64,000 nt of DNA from Yuukianura sp. NJ FZ-2021 (Eukaryota): positions 4,836,001 through 4,900,000 of the forward strand of contig CM102290.1 of assembly GCA_046563655.1 (NCBI GenBank). The letters are read 5' to 3'. Under the pieces are notes generated by a model. It made no database searches and was not told where the DNA came from. It saw nothing but the letters and a program-made list of their open reading frames with translations. Of the stretch, positions 39,301-52,600 are shown one piece after another. The number at the start of each line of letters is the position of its first letter. Positions within the stretch are counted from its first letter, which is position 1. The position numbers were made by a program, and so were the translations under genes.

Positions 39301-42300
39301 AGTAACCGGTTTGGTTGACAAGGCTTGATTGGAAATTCCCTCCAGAAGACTCAATTGAACACATATTGTCGTCAGCAAAACTTTGAACTGCACCTTCTGA
39401 GTTATTAGTCACAGGGATTGAGCGGGAAAAGACGCTTTCTTGAGGAAAGAGATTTAGGCACAGAGAAAGTGCGTCCATCCATTGTGTGGTTGAGCAGAGG
39501 CCCTTAGATCAGTCTTCAATCCATCTTCATCCAACAACTTCAGTTTCGACACGTGGAAGCATACACACAAAGTCTTCTTTAACCCACAGAGTTCAGCAGT
39601 AATCAAGTCCAGGGAGAGTAAGAACTCCGCCTCCAAAAACCAATGAATAATGACTAGCTGAATGAAAGGTCTACTTCAAAAGGAAAACAAAAAGAAAGAA
39701 TTAAATATAAAAATTAAATAAACAAAACACTATTGATTTTGTACTTGACATACAGTGTTTTGATTTATTTGATAATAATCATTGCTACATTGAATGATTT
39801 CATTTCCTTGAGAGACAACTACGTTTTTTTTTTCAAATGCTACGAACTTACGAACCATTATTAGATCGCATACAAGTTTGTAATATTTAACTTTTAAGTA
39901 TAATTGCGTAGTAATAATAATAATCAATTTTTACTCTTAAAGTTAACGGTTAGCAGCTTTCTTTTTGTCCAAGACAAACACGCAGTTTGTTTTGTTCTTA
40001 AAGGATGGTAAGTTTGAACCACTTTTCTTTACCCACATTTGATTACAACTTGTATAAGGATTTATATAAGAACTTAGGAAGTAAATATAATTTACTTTCA
40101 AGTGTTTATACTTAAAGTTTAAGTAATAATATTGTATATACGTGGAATAGTCATCCGTTTTTGAATAGTAATATTAAGTATATGAAGTGGGGAGGGACGA
40201 GCATGGGAAAAAGAGGGACTTTTGGGAACCTTAAGACCTAAATATAATATAATTCAATATATGTCTGTTTGAGACTTTCATTTAAAAGTAATTCTATTTA
40301 TTATTACTTCAAAGTTATTGCTTTTCAAGAGAGAAGAGAATATTTTTTTCCCATTCTGAATAACTTTCCCTGTAAGGAATTGTTTATTCAACTTATAACT
40401 TATATCTTCCCTTCTCGTAATTTAACAAATCCAATCCCAACGCAAAGAAGTCTTTCCCTGCTCCCTTTCCCTCTTCCTATTTTCTACGAAAGGACTCCTT
40501 CGGAACTTCAACTACTAACTCAAGTTCTACAAGTCGAAGCAATTTTATGTTAGTTTGTTGGAGATGTTACTACATAAGTTAAGTATAACAACAGCTAACA
40601 CGGACTACAAATTTAATTATGGACAGGCGCATCGGCAGGGAACCGCAGCAGGAACAAACACAATTTTTGTTAACTTTCTCCGTATAATCATTAGTTTCGT
40701 CAACCTTTAACTTCTGCCTGAGACGTTTTAGCTCCACACTTCTTGAGAACTCAACAGTATAACACACTCCTTACTAACCCTATTATTCTCAACAAAGTCA
40801 GTGCTCAAGGTACAGATGCAGACATCATGGTAAATAATTTTTAGGGAGAAGGGAGTAACTATGTACAAGAGGAAGAGGCATTACTAGGAACCTCCCCGGG
40901 ACTCAACTTTTCTTTTTAATTTTTGGAAGCGGTCAATTAATTATGAAGACAAAACATTGCAATTTAGTTTTAGTGTGTGATGTTGATTGTTTAAGTGTTA
41001 AGGGTGTGTCACAGTCATGGTTGAGAAGTTTAGTGTAAATTACCCTTGAAGGAATCAAATGCTCCAAGTGAGCTCTCGCTTATGTAGGTTTCGGCTTCAA
41101 CTTTCACTCTAAGCAATTGCACTTTAAACTTTTGGCGGGGTGTTCTTCGGCATACTCAATGCTGCGCTGGAGTTAGCGGTGTGTGTAAAAAATAGCCACA
41201 AAAAAAATTAGCGTTATTTTCACTTTTTAGATTGTTAGAAACCATTCGCCAACAAACGGTTAGAGAAAAAAAATTTTTTTTTGCTTGAGAATTACGTAAC
41301 CCTTTGGTTGAAAACTGCGTATCGAGTCATATTGACGGAAATCACCAAAACATTTCTTTTCAGAACATTTAAAACGGATCAATGAAAGAATTGTTGTCCG
41401 AAAAGTTCGATTTTCACAAAAAAGTTGCAAGTGCAAACGCTTGAGTGAAAGTCAATACCAAACAAAAACATACCAACGGCACTTTTGCCAATCCTCGTAA
41501 TTAAAAAGAAAAATATCGTCGTCGAACAAGAGTACAAACGCTAATTACCAGTTAAACTAAGAATCCACTTAAGCATAATAACTTGTTCAAATTAGGTAAC
41601 GACTCCTCATTTTTCTCAAAAGTAGGACGCAACAATAAGCAATTTTGTAAGTAGGTAGAAGGGGTCCTTTCACAATTTAAATGTCACCACACCCGCTTGA
41701 CTGGCCATGCGACATTCTCATCAACCTTACAAAAATCCATTTGAGCTGATTCTACTCCATTAAAGGCTCCAATCAATCTAAAAACACGTTCACAAAAACT
41801 CCCTTATTCTTAAAAAAACTGTTTCCATTATAAAGTTCCAGTGGAAAAGGAAGTATGACAGGAGGTGGAAGTGACATTTATAGGGAGTGAAAGTGAGAAC
41901 CTGCATTACAATTAATTCCCTAGGCTATACTTTTAGACTTTTAAGTGACGTTAGGTATCCTCTAAACCATTCTTCCCAATGACCAAACAATGAAAGGAAA
42001 GTTTAAAAAAAGTATTAAGTCCAAGGGAAAGTTGGTTCCGTAACTCATGAGAGAAAGGACTCAAGGACACATGTCAACGGCAGGAGAAAGGAATAGATGG
42101 ATAGGAGTTTAGTAGTAGTAAAGAGTTCCATAGAAGAAAATCCCAATAAAATCTGGGAGAAGAAGCCCATTTTGTGGAAAACGACGCAGTTGAGTTAAAT
42201 GCCACTTTGGTGAAGGGAGTTAGTACGCTAAAGTGTACGTGGAAAAAGAAGTCCCGCCAACCCAAAGAATGGTTTCAAGATTTCATAAAAATGTGCTTGA

Positions 42301-45300
42301 GATACGGGGGGAAAAGCTTCAAAAAAGAAACTTTGTGGTTTCAATAAGATCTTTCTTTTCCACAGATGGAATTCCATGTTACTCTTCTTCTTTTTTCCTG
42401 ACTACAACCCTCTCCCTCCCTTTTCCTTTGAGTAGTCTAATACCAAACAATGGATATGGATTAAATTATTAGAAAAGTATATTGTAAGTTATATAGGCTG
42501 AGTTTCGTATTTTTTTTCTTCCTATTTTTACTTTTGACAGTTTTAACAAAGTTTTTCTCCCTTTTTCCATCTTCGCTACAGCAATTCCAAGGAGAAAATA
42601 ATTTTTAGACATTTTCTCAGACAAAAGTTATTCTCTCAAAAGTCTACAATTTTCAAACTTTGCAAAATCTGCCATATCAGGACCAACTTTTTTTCTTCTC
42701 AGATTCTGAACACTGCAAAAACAAAACCCAAAGCTCCCTCTCAATTTTCCAAAACTGTTATTTTTAGGATTTGAGTTGTAAATTTTTTCTTGACGCCGTT
42801 CACAATTTTTGAAACCTAAAAGTCCATTGCATAAATATGTTCACATTTTTTTTAAACTTTGTAGAAAAAGAGAAACCATTTGCACCTTGAAGTGTGAAAA
42901 CTGCTAAGGTTTTGAACATTTTCAAGGGTGAGTATCCGAATAAAGAAAGTCACTTTCCTTTTTTTCCTAGGAAAGAAAGTTTAAAAAAAAACACCTTTCC
43001 ATGTTAGCCAAGGTATAGTAAAGTAACACTCTCCTTTTGAACAGCTTATAAAATTGTGCAACGAACAGCTCTTTTCCTGTGATATTATAACAAACAAGTC
43101 AACCACTTCCGAGATCCTTCTTCTCATTCTTCTTTAAATGCCAGTCAATAACCAAGTCCCTATTATTATATAATACAAAAAAGTTTACGGATAATCTATT
43201 TCCTATTCTTCCACTTCTATCGAACCCCGCAGCAAGTAGTTTTCAAAATGCCTATTCTTGTTAAAGCATGATGGAGAGCTGCTCTACGTCTACAAAAACA
43301 AATTGCCACATCTCCCTTTCTTTTTGTCTAAATGTTTGATTTTTCCCAAAAACCATCAAACAAAACCATTTCAAAAGCTCTAAAAAGCAGAGTTCTCAGC
43401 AGAGATCATAATGTTCATAGTATACGGGGTTTGTCCCTGGTGATTTCAAAAGTCAAAACGGAAAGAAAAAGTGATACATTTCAACTTGAGTTGAACTAAT
43501 AACACAACCGAAATTTTTATAATGAACCTAATACGTCAGAATTAATTTTTAGAACAAATAAAAACGCTAATGGTGAAACTAATTCTTGTATCACATTCAA
43601 AAGACCTTTGTTCTTTTCTTTCCAATTCTTAATTAGTAAAATCCATTACACTTTTGGAACCTATTTGTGATGAGATGTGCAAAAATTAAACAATAAATCA
43701 AGGAACCGATTTCAGAGGATGAGATTGACGCAAAACCCTTAACGTTGTGCTTAGGATACTGGCAGACAAGGAACTACGGTGAGCTCAAACGCCGTCTTTG
43801 AAAAACAATGTCAAGGTTTACGTTATAGGTACACGCACGTTATAACATTATGATTACCGTAGGATTCAGAAGGAGCGTAAAATTATAACCCTGTGATTTA
43901 TGTGATTCATGTCTTGGATCTGATCTGTGACACATTACAGCCTCAAGACTAAAACTTACGTAACACTTTTCGTGTTAGTTTAGGAGAACGGATTAAGGAG
44001 GATGTTAACGAGACTTATAATTTGATTGTTCCTCAGCTGTGTTTTTTTAAAGTGAAAGAGGAAAGAGCTCTAGGTTGTTCCATAATACTGTTCCAACTCA
44101 TCAAATCTTTACTACTCGGAACAATCCATGCACAAATCCTTTGACAAACTTTCAATGATAATCCGGAGTTACAAGAAGTTCTTGCAGAAATTCGTGGAAA
44201 TGGAGGCCGCAGAGGCAGTACTGTCTAATCCAAAACCTCCTTTGATTAATTCTTCCTTTTAGTAAAAGTGGATTTTCGAATGTTAGAGTAAAAGATGGTG
44301 ACAAAGAGGTAGAAAACTTTGTATTCCTTTTACGACGAAATGAGATCGATGAAGGAAAAAGTTTTGATTTTGAGTGTTGGAAACACGGAGCTGCAGCAGC
44401 TGCTGATGAAGTAATTAAAAACACAGGTTCTAAAACTTCAGCTTCCCATTCAAAATGAAGAAGAAAAAAACAAATCTGAACTTTAAAAAAAATGAATTTA
44501 GACACTAAAGGAAAACACGTTTGAAATTGAAGTAAACGGAAAGAGAAAGTATCAAAGAAAGTAAAGGTAAAAGGGCAAATGTTAAAAAATGTTGTCCATA
44601 GGGTTATGCCAGAGGTCACTAGGAAGAAAGTGCGGTAGAAACCATCATTTTTTTTTTCGAACGGTTTGTTTTGAAAAGTTGAAAAAAGGCGCCTAGAAAA
44701 AGTCGTCGGAGAAAGTGGAGACATTCCCATCTAGCCTATCTGCCTTCCGTTTTGTTTGCCTATTGATTTTACTATTATGCACACTTTCTCCGTCACTCAT
44801 CTGAGGACTTTGGTGCTGCCGCCTACCCTAACACTGCTACCAGAACTCCCTCCGACCTGGCACCAGCCTTCGCTTTCTCCAATTTCGTAACTTGACTCTC
44901 AAAGAAAGTCTACCCACCTCCCTCAAATTAATATCCAAAAACTTAAAAGTAAAACGCAACAAAGTTGGAGAAAACTCAGACGGGGTGCAGGTTCAAAGTG
45001 AAAAACAGAACAACTTCTCAAAGTTAAACTCAACCTCCAAACGCTATCCGGAACTTTGAACACTTCCATGCGTAAACTCCCGCCCAAAATCTATTGCACT
45101 TACAAATTCAGGGAAAATGATTACATTGAAAGAAAACTAAAAAAAAGATGACCAGAAATCATAAACTGAAACACAGAGCTAAAAGGAATTCTAAAATCAC
45201 TTGTTGTTCTCAGTTCCTGCGTTTCGGAAGTGAAAAAAATCAAACGAAGATGAGACGAATCAAGTATTACATGTTGGAGTGCGTTTCGTAGAATGCAAAA

Positions 45301-47072
45301 CCCCGCACAAAGCACACGCCAAACTGAAAAATTTCAAGAGAGAGTTTTCCCTGGTTCTAAAAATTGAGCCATTTTTCCAGGAGGAAGTTGTAGTGCATGT
45401 GGTAGTGCGGAGCATGAATAAAGGAGTTTTTCTGAAGTAAATTATGCATGTTTACACATTGAATCATAGACCATTGTCTCAATCTCAAAAGAACCCAGAG
45501 AAGAAGAAGGGAAGTAAATTGAGGAGATAGTAGTGTTGTTCTCAGGGGACAAAATATGTTTGCATTGCCCTACACGCCTCACCTAACTGAGGAAAACGCA
45601 GGGAAAAGTTTCCTTTGATCATCCTATTTAGGCATTGCGTTCTACTAACCAAACCGGGACCAATTTAGCAGAGAAGTAAGTAACCAAAACCCAAGAGAAA
45701 CACATAGTCAAATGATACAGGTTCAAAAGCAGAGCAAATTCACCTTACAAATAAAAAAAAAGAGTAGAGGGGAAAGTTATATTGAAGTGTATCAGCTAAA
45801 TCACCTTTTTTCTCCAAGCGACGAATTAGAATGAATAAACTATTATCATAAATAATGATTGAACGCGGGTTTTTTAAGAGAGAAGAGCAAAAAAAAAAGT
45901 TTTTTTTTTTACTTTCACTTAACTTTCAATTACACCGATTCTTCAAAACCTAGGGGCTAACATTTGAAAGGACTTTCACTTTAAATTTTCAGTATCAGTT
46001 GTTGTTTTAGTTTTTGAAAAAGATGGAATTGAGTTTAGCTAAAATTGGTTTTGGAGAAAGCGGGCCAAAGGAGATTGTGATCCGTATTAGCTCGTTAACC
46101 TGGTTTAGGATTGAGTTTGGCAGAAGACAAGAGAAAGTGGAGAGTATAAGAGACATAGACAAGTGAAGGGCTCATCCCATGATGCTGCCAGTATTTAGAC
46201 GGGAATTGAAAGTGGAGGATGGAACGTTACCCTGGAGGAAATGGCCCAGTTATTGCCACCAGCTGCTGATCTTAGGATCATCTGACTTATCAAGAGGAGA
46301 GAAACATAATAAACTCAGAATTCAATAGTCCACTCACTAGCTCTCCACAGTTAGAACTTAAAGCACATCATTTCATCCACAAACCAAAAACAACTTCCCT
46401 AGAATAACTTTGAGGCACTCGTTGTTCTTCCCTTTAGAAGATCTAATACTTCGATGTACAAAATTTCCTCACACTTTTTGTTGGTTCCAAGTCAGACAAG
46501 TTATAAGAAAATAAGAAAAAAACAACGAGCAGAGAAATGGAGGAGAAAGAGTCGACGAGGGAAGGCCAGACAGAAGGAGTAAATCTTGAAGGTTGTAATT
46601 GGCTATTACTGGAGGATGGAGAGGAGATTCTAGAGAGGGAAAAATTGAAGACTTCTTGTCTTTTGGTCCAATTGTGAAGTGGTCTGAAGAAGGAGACAAT
46701 AACAATAAGTTCAAGGACCTTCAAACCCTTAAGTCTTATGGCTAGACTCTGTTAAGATCCACTAAAACCTCCATTTACCAACAAAACTCGAGGGACCGAG
46801 GAGAAAAATACACCGAGAGAAGTTTATCTAAGCTTTTCAAAAAATTTCCAATTTAGAACACTGGAGAAATATTATATTAGGTAACTCCTTTTTCAATTTA
46901 ATTTTAAAATAAAAAAACACTGGCCTTTCAGATGCTGTTTTAACACTGAACCCGTCTTTAGGAAAAATTTGTGCATAGCCTCCATTTTCATGATAAAAAT
47001 TAGCACATCTGTCGCTGGTAAACAAAATTGCTGCCGAATTCCACCAGAACAAGAAAATCACCGCCACTTTCC

Positions 47073-47226
47073 CAAAGATTGTTTTTTTTTTTCAGCGCAC
47101 AAAAGTGAATTATTTGAAGTGAAAATTTTAGCATGTTTAAAAAAAATTTCAAAGATTATTTTTTTTCAGCGCACAAAAGTGAATAATTTGAAGTGAAAAC
47201 TTTAGCATGTTTAAAAAAAAATTCAA
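47073..47226. repeat. Two-copy tandem duplication, unit ~75 bp
   Basis: CAAAGATT..TTTCAGCGCACAAAAGTGAAT(T/A)ATTTGAAGTGAAAA(T/C)TTTAGCATGTTTAAAAAAAA occurs at 47073 and 47150. Confidence 0.9.
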
Positions 47227-49678
47227 TTTTCTAATTTTTTTTAAATTATAATTTCAATAAACCTTGGCCCTGATCTGACTCAAGGTGGAAGATTGCATTA
47301 ACTTCACATCGTCTCCAACTTTCTCCACTTTTTCTTTACAAAAACCAACTAAACTAAACTCCTTTTTTTAGCGGTCGTTAAACCATCACATCAGAATCAG
47401 ACATTTTCATCATATGGAAGAGTAATATTAGTGTAATAGAGGAGGAGGATGGAAATCATTCATTTCCTCGCCTTGCATCTTAAATTATTAATTAAGACAA
47501 ACCGACGCGCACTTTCTCCTTACTTGCTAACATAGTAGACGAACGTACTTCTTGGAGACTAAAAATTGCTAACGAACTTAACAAACTTCTTTTCAATCTT
47601 CCACGTCCCAATCTCTCTCCTGCTCTAACCCAATTCTCTTTTCTTCCCAAAGTTCCTAGATTTCAATTCCCAAAAAAATGTTGGAAAAAGACGGATGAGT
47701 TTAATCAATCAACTCACTCAAGGCTCCATCGAGGTATATTGCAATCTTATTGCAAATATTGTCAATTGTTTTAAACCACAAGACAGGTGAGACAATGCCT
47801 GACCATGGTTTGGCAACTAAACCCAAAGATACTAACAATAATTTTTCAATTCAAGATTGGCAACAGAAGGCTCAGATTCCAAAAAGTCTAAAAGACGCAA
47901 AATTCGAACAAATAAAATCCTGCTGATGTGTGCACAGAAAGTGTGATGAAGAATTCCGACAAAATAAAATGAGTAACTGAAACCAAATACTGACTAACGG
48001 AAACCATTTCAATGTACAAGTTTGAGTAAAATTTGTAAAAACTTAAAAACCAAAAATTGAAAACTTAAAATTAAAAAATAAAAATAAAAACTGAGTTGCC
48101 GTTTGTTCGTAACTTCTAATTTCCAGAAGGAAAATAGGAGAAAAGCTGCATAATTATGAATGGTACACAAGGAGAGTTAAGAGGGCGGAGGTGGTTCGCT
48201 TAGAATAGAAAGGTCACAAGCCTCAATAATCAATCCATCAATCATTACAGTAATTTCTAAAGTGTGGGGGGTGTAAGGGGGGTCCCCTCTTAAAACTAAA
48301 GTCGCCTCCTAAGGCTCTTTTAGAACTTAGACTTACACAATTTGTCAACTCTAACTTCACGGAACGCTCACGTTCTAAGAGTCTTAAACAGACGCCACAA
48401 AAAAACTGAACAAGAAACCGTGTCAGAGCGAGTCGTTACTTTCTCCTTACTAACAGAAGGCGGAAAGAGATGCGAAAATGGCGACCAGAGAAAACTAATT
48501 AACTTTAAGCATCAAATTTTTAGTAGTGAAGGATCTTGGCTTCTGTACAGCCTTCTAAAACAAAAGTCTGGGAAAATGAAAAGGCTGTTTTTGTTACCTC
48601 AGTCGAGCGGGAGTTGAACCTCTCCAAAATGTCAGTCTCTCTCGTCATCTTGTAAAAAGAGAGGGAAAAGAGTAGGAGCAGGACCAAGTTCTTTCTAAAC
48701 TTCTGCCCTTGTGCCTCTCCAAAGTAAAACTTAGGGAAAACTTGGGCAGTTCGTCATAACCTCTAAACTTAAGATGGGTAAGAAGTGAGACAGTTGAGTA
48801 GGGAAGGAAGAGAATTAAAACTTTAAAACTTTTTGGTGTACCGTGTAGTCGCGCATTCGGTTCGCAATAGCAACCCCTCTGAAACGAAAATGTTACTTTG
48901 GCGTAAGCGTTCCTTACAGCCTCAAATGACCATTTTAAAAAAGAAATTTAAAAAGTTGAAGAGCTTTTGAAACCTGACAGACTTTGAAACATGTACAGAG
49001 AGACTCAAAGTCCATCCAGTTCAAACTCCTTTCCCGCCAAGTAATGGTAACGCTCTTAAGAGGTATAGTGGTAGCATATGTAAAACATTACGTGTAATGT
49101 GGAGGCAGTAAATGGACTTTTCTCTCCTTTTCTGTCCAATACGAAGAAGTGCGGGAGTTGTTTGGATGGAGCGACAGCGGATTGCGTTTTGGTTCTGTGT
49201 ATGGAAATGTATTCGGAGAAAGTGATTGATAAGACGTGTGGCTTCTTTCTTCGAATCCGGTTCATGGTAACTCTCTTTCTTCTTTGTTCATGTTCGCATG
49301 TAGTCGTCGTGTTTTTGTTCGTAGTCTTGCCAGATTTCTTTCTTTCTTGCTTGAATTTCGTGGGAATTGATAAAAAAGGAAGTTGGTAGATTTGGAGTAG
49401 TAACTTTCCGTTGGAATTCCATGACACTCCATTTCATTTCCAATGGGATAAGGTGGTTCGGATGGTGGAGGAGGCAGGTTTAGTTTAAATCTGGAGGTTG
49501 TGGTGGTGCCGTTGGTTGATGGTGGGAGCCTAATGTAGTGTGATGGTGTTGTGGTGGATAGGGCGGGTTCTTTCCCTTGATCTCCCTGTTCTTGCTAAAG
49601 ATGAAAAAGAAAGAGGAGACAGTGGAGAAAGTGAGAGACAGAAGACGGCAGGCGGATTGTGTGTGGACACAAGGTTAT

Positions 49679-52600
49679 TTAATGGTATCCGTTTGTAAAT
49701 GCGGCAGGTATCAACGGTCCCTGTCAAATAAGTACATGAGTCCATTAAATTTCACAATTTTATTAATTACCTCAATACACTAAGGAAGATTACCGTCAAG
49801 ATTCCAAAATTACTCAAAATCAAGATTATTAAATAAGTTAGTTCAGCTAATAAAAGGTTAAAATTAATTTTAGTACCTGCTCCTGGCTAAGTAAAATACT
49901 TTCACACACTTCAATTTCCGGAAGGTCAAACCAAACCTTCCGTTCACTCTTACCGGTTCAGACAACCAGGGAGGATTGGATAGGTGGTACGGTGTGTAAA
50001 AAATTAAAAAAGTGGATAAAATCATACAAAATTCAATTGTTACGACACAGGCTAAAAAAAGAGACACAATTAGTTAAGGTTAAAAATTAGTGGTAAAGAA
50101 CATGATCAAATTAAAATCATACTCACAATTGAGGTCCAAGGAACTCCCTATTCTAAAATGGAAAACAGGTTCAGGGATTGTGAGGATGCCACACATTGTT
50201 TTGCGTCCTCAGACAGGAGGACTTAAGGGGCCAAGGACTTCACAAAGTCTTGAAAAGGGCACAGAGTACACTAACCCTTGACATTGTGCTGAGAGTTTGG
50301 AAGCCAGAAGGCTGTGGTGACGTGGCTTGTACGTAGCTGCCTAACTGGTCACTACCGCCGTAGAGTTCCAAGGGCCCCGGAGAGTTGGGAGTAGGGAAAC
50401 CTCGATTCGATGGAGAAGTTGGCGGACCAAATCCAGCTCCTGGGTAGTTGTTAATTACTGGAAATTAGAATCACAAAGCAAGTATTAGCCATTAATCTTA
50501 GTCTGCCCACTTCTGTCGTCCCTCTACAAGCCTCTCCATGGGAACCCAAACGCCTCAAATCCTCTCCCATCACCATTTCTCTAATGAAAACCCGGGAATT
50601 ATTGGACTCTGGAGGTCCACTTTCTCTTTAACTCTCTCACTCTCCTTTCCTCTATCCTAACCTATCCAATTGAGGTAATTCTAACGTTAGGTTAATTAAT
50701 GACGAACCTGATAGAGCCTGCGTTAGGAGTGGGCTGTTGTTCGGAGTTAGCTGTCCATTAGGGAGCTCAACTGTAAAAAATACAAAATATAACCAACATT
50801 GTGTAACTCAATGTTTTCCCAAGGTCAAATTTCAACAAAATTAAAAGACAGAGGTTGGCAGAATTTGCAAACTGAAACAGCAGTTTAGAGACAGCTAGCG
50901 TAGCAGTGTCGAACAAAACCCAAACGATGAAGTGGAATATAGATTGGGTGAAAAAAGTATGGCCGGTGTCATGAAACTGGGGGAAAAAAATACAACTAAT
51001 TGGAATAACCGTAAGATTAGTACACTTTTTGCATGTTCACCTGCGTGGTTAACACCGGGAATTGGGTGTTTTTTTAGTGTAAATGAAAGGACAAAGGCAT
51101 GAGGACGTTGAGAAGGCAGGAAGCTGAAAGGAGAGAATGCAAAGGTGAAATTGATTTCCTTTGGAGGAAAAGCGTGTTAGTGCTTAGTGAAGAGAGAGAG
51201 CGAGGAGAAAGGATCCAACAGCTTTGGAACTTTACCTTGTAAGGTTTTGACTACTACAAAGTGAGAATTAATAATAAAGTGACTCAGGGGGAGTAATAGT
51301 ACAGTAGTTGTACAGAAACAAGTAAGATGGAATCGGGCTTGTGTGGCTCCGTAAACAAGGCCAACATAACTACAATTGTTCAGAATAAGAGAAAGAGAGC
51401 GAGAAAGAGAGAGAGAGAGAGTGAGTGATAGAGAGAAAGAAAAGAGAGAAATGCTTTGATGGGCAACAACAACATGAACAAAGTTACAAAAGTCATTCAG
51501 GGTTTGTCCATATATTATGTCATCACGGAGGACTGGGGGAGGGGATTGCTTCGAGGCTGCAGGACAGTACGATTCATGTACTCTACAAATGTAGGTTCCT
51601 CTTTTTTGGATGACGTAACATATGGAACACCCCATAAAATCCACTTACGTTGGGTGGGACGGCCATCTCGGCTTACACTGGAGTTGTTCACACCCTGATT
51701 AGCTCCACCGTCGCGTAAACTCGCCTAGGAGCACACCAAGTAAAACAGGTTTTTACAATACATGAACTTATGAATAATTTCACCAATTCAGACTTCGACT
51801 CATTAACCACCACCACTGTTCCAACTTTCTCCGCAAAATCTCATTACCTATGATTTCCAACACACGCCTACGAAAGCACACAACTTCCCAATAAATTTAG
51901 GGTTTGGAATTACTAACTCCGTGTGTTGCATGTTAATAAGCATAACATAACATACTGGGATAGGAGGACGTACCTGAGCAGCGGAGTAGTCGTAGTAGCC
52001 AGAGGCGGCGGCAACTGCTGCCATATTTGCTCTATCGGCACTAGATCCAGATCCTGGCGTTCCCACACCAGGAGCAGCAGGGAAGTAGCCGTAATTAGGG
52101 AAACCTGAATAACAAATACAAAACGTTCAATTAATTCAAATCATAATTCAACCCATTCTATCAATTATCCAAAATGGTTTCACATTTAAACAAGAACATG
52201 GTCCAATATAGAACCATTTTCCATGGATTTCTCCACACAGCTTCTTTTTTAATTACGACAAAGTAAAACATTATAAGACAAATTATTGGAGCGAAATGGA
52301 AAACAAAGGAGAGAGAAATGGAAGAAAAGAGGATAAATGTCATTTCATTAGTAATTCTACACATCTTTGAGACTAACATGTTTACTACATGTTTATGTTA
52401 AGTCCATGTAAGAGTCAAAGCCAAAAAACCACGTAGAAAGCTCAAGTTCTCTCTCTACTTGTCTAATTACACAGCATTTAGAAACAAACAACACATAAAC
52501 ACAATACATGCATCCAACACAGTAAAGTGAAAGTCTCTCTCCACCACCCCACTTTCACTGTTACAAAACTCTAGTCCTCTCCATAATCCTATTCTGGTAA

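Noticed and set aside
39206..39657. Segment bounded by minus-strand acceptor- and donor-like sites
   Set aside because: Stops in all frames examined and no recognisable product; at most a non-coding exon.
44152..44730. 192-aa minus-strand ORF
   Set aside because: Phe-rich translation of A-tract sequence, with no domain or exon structure.
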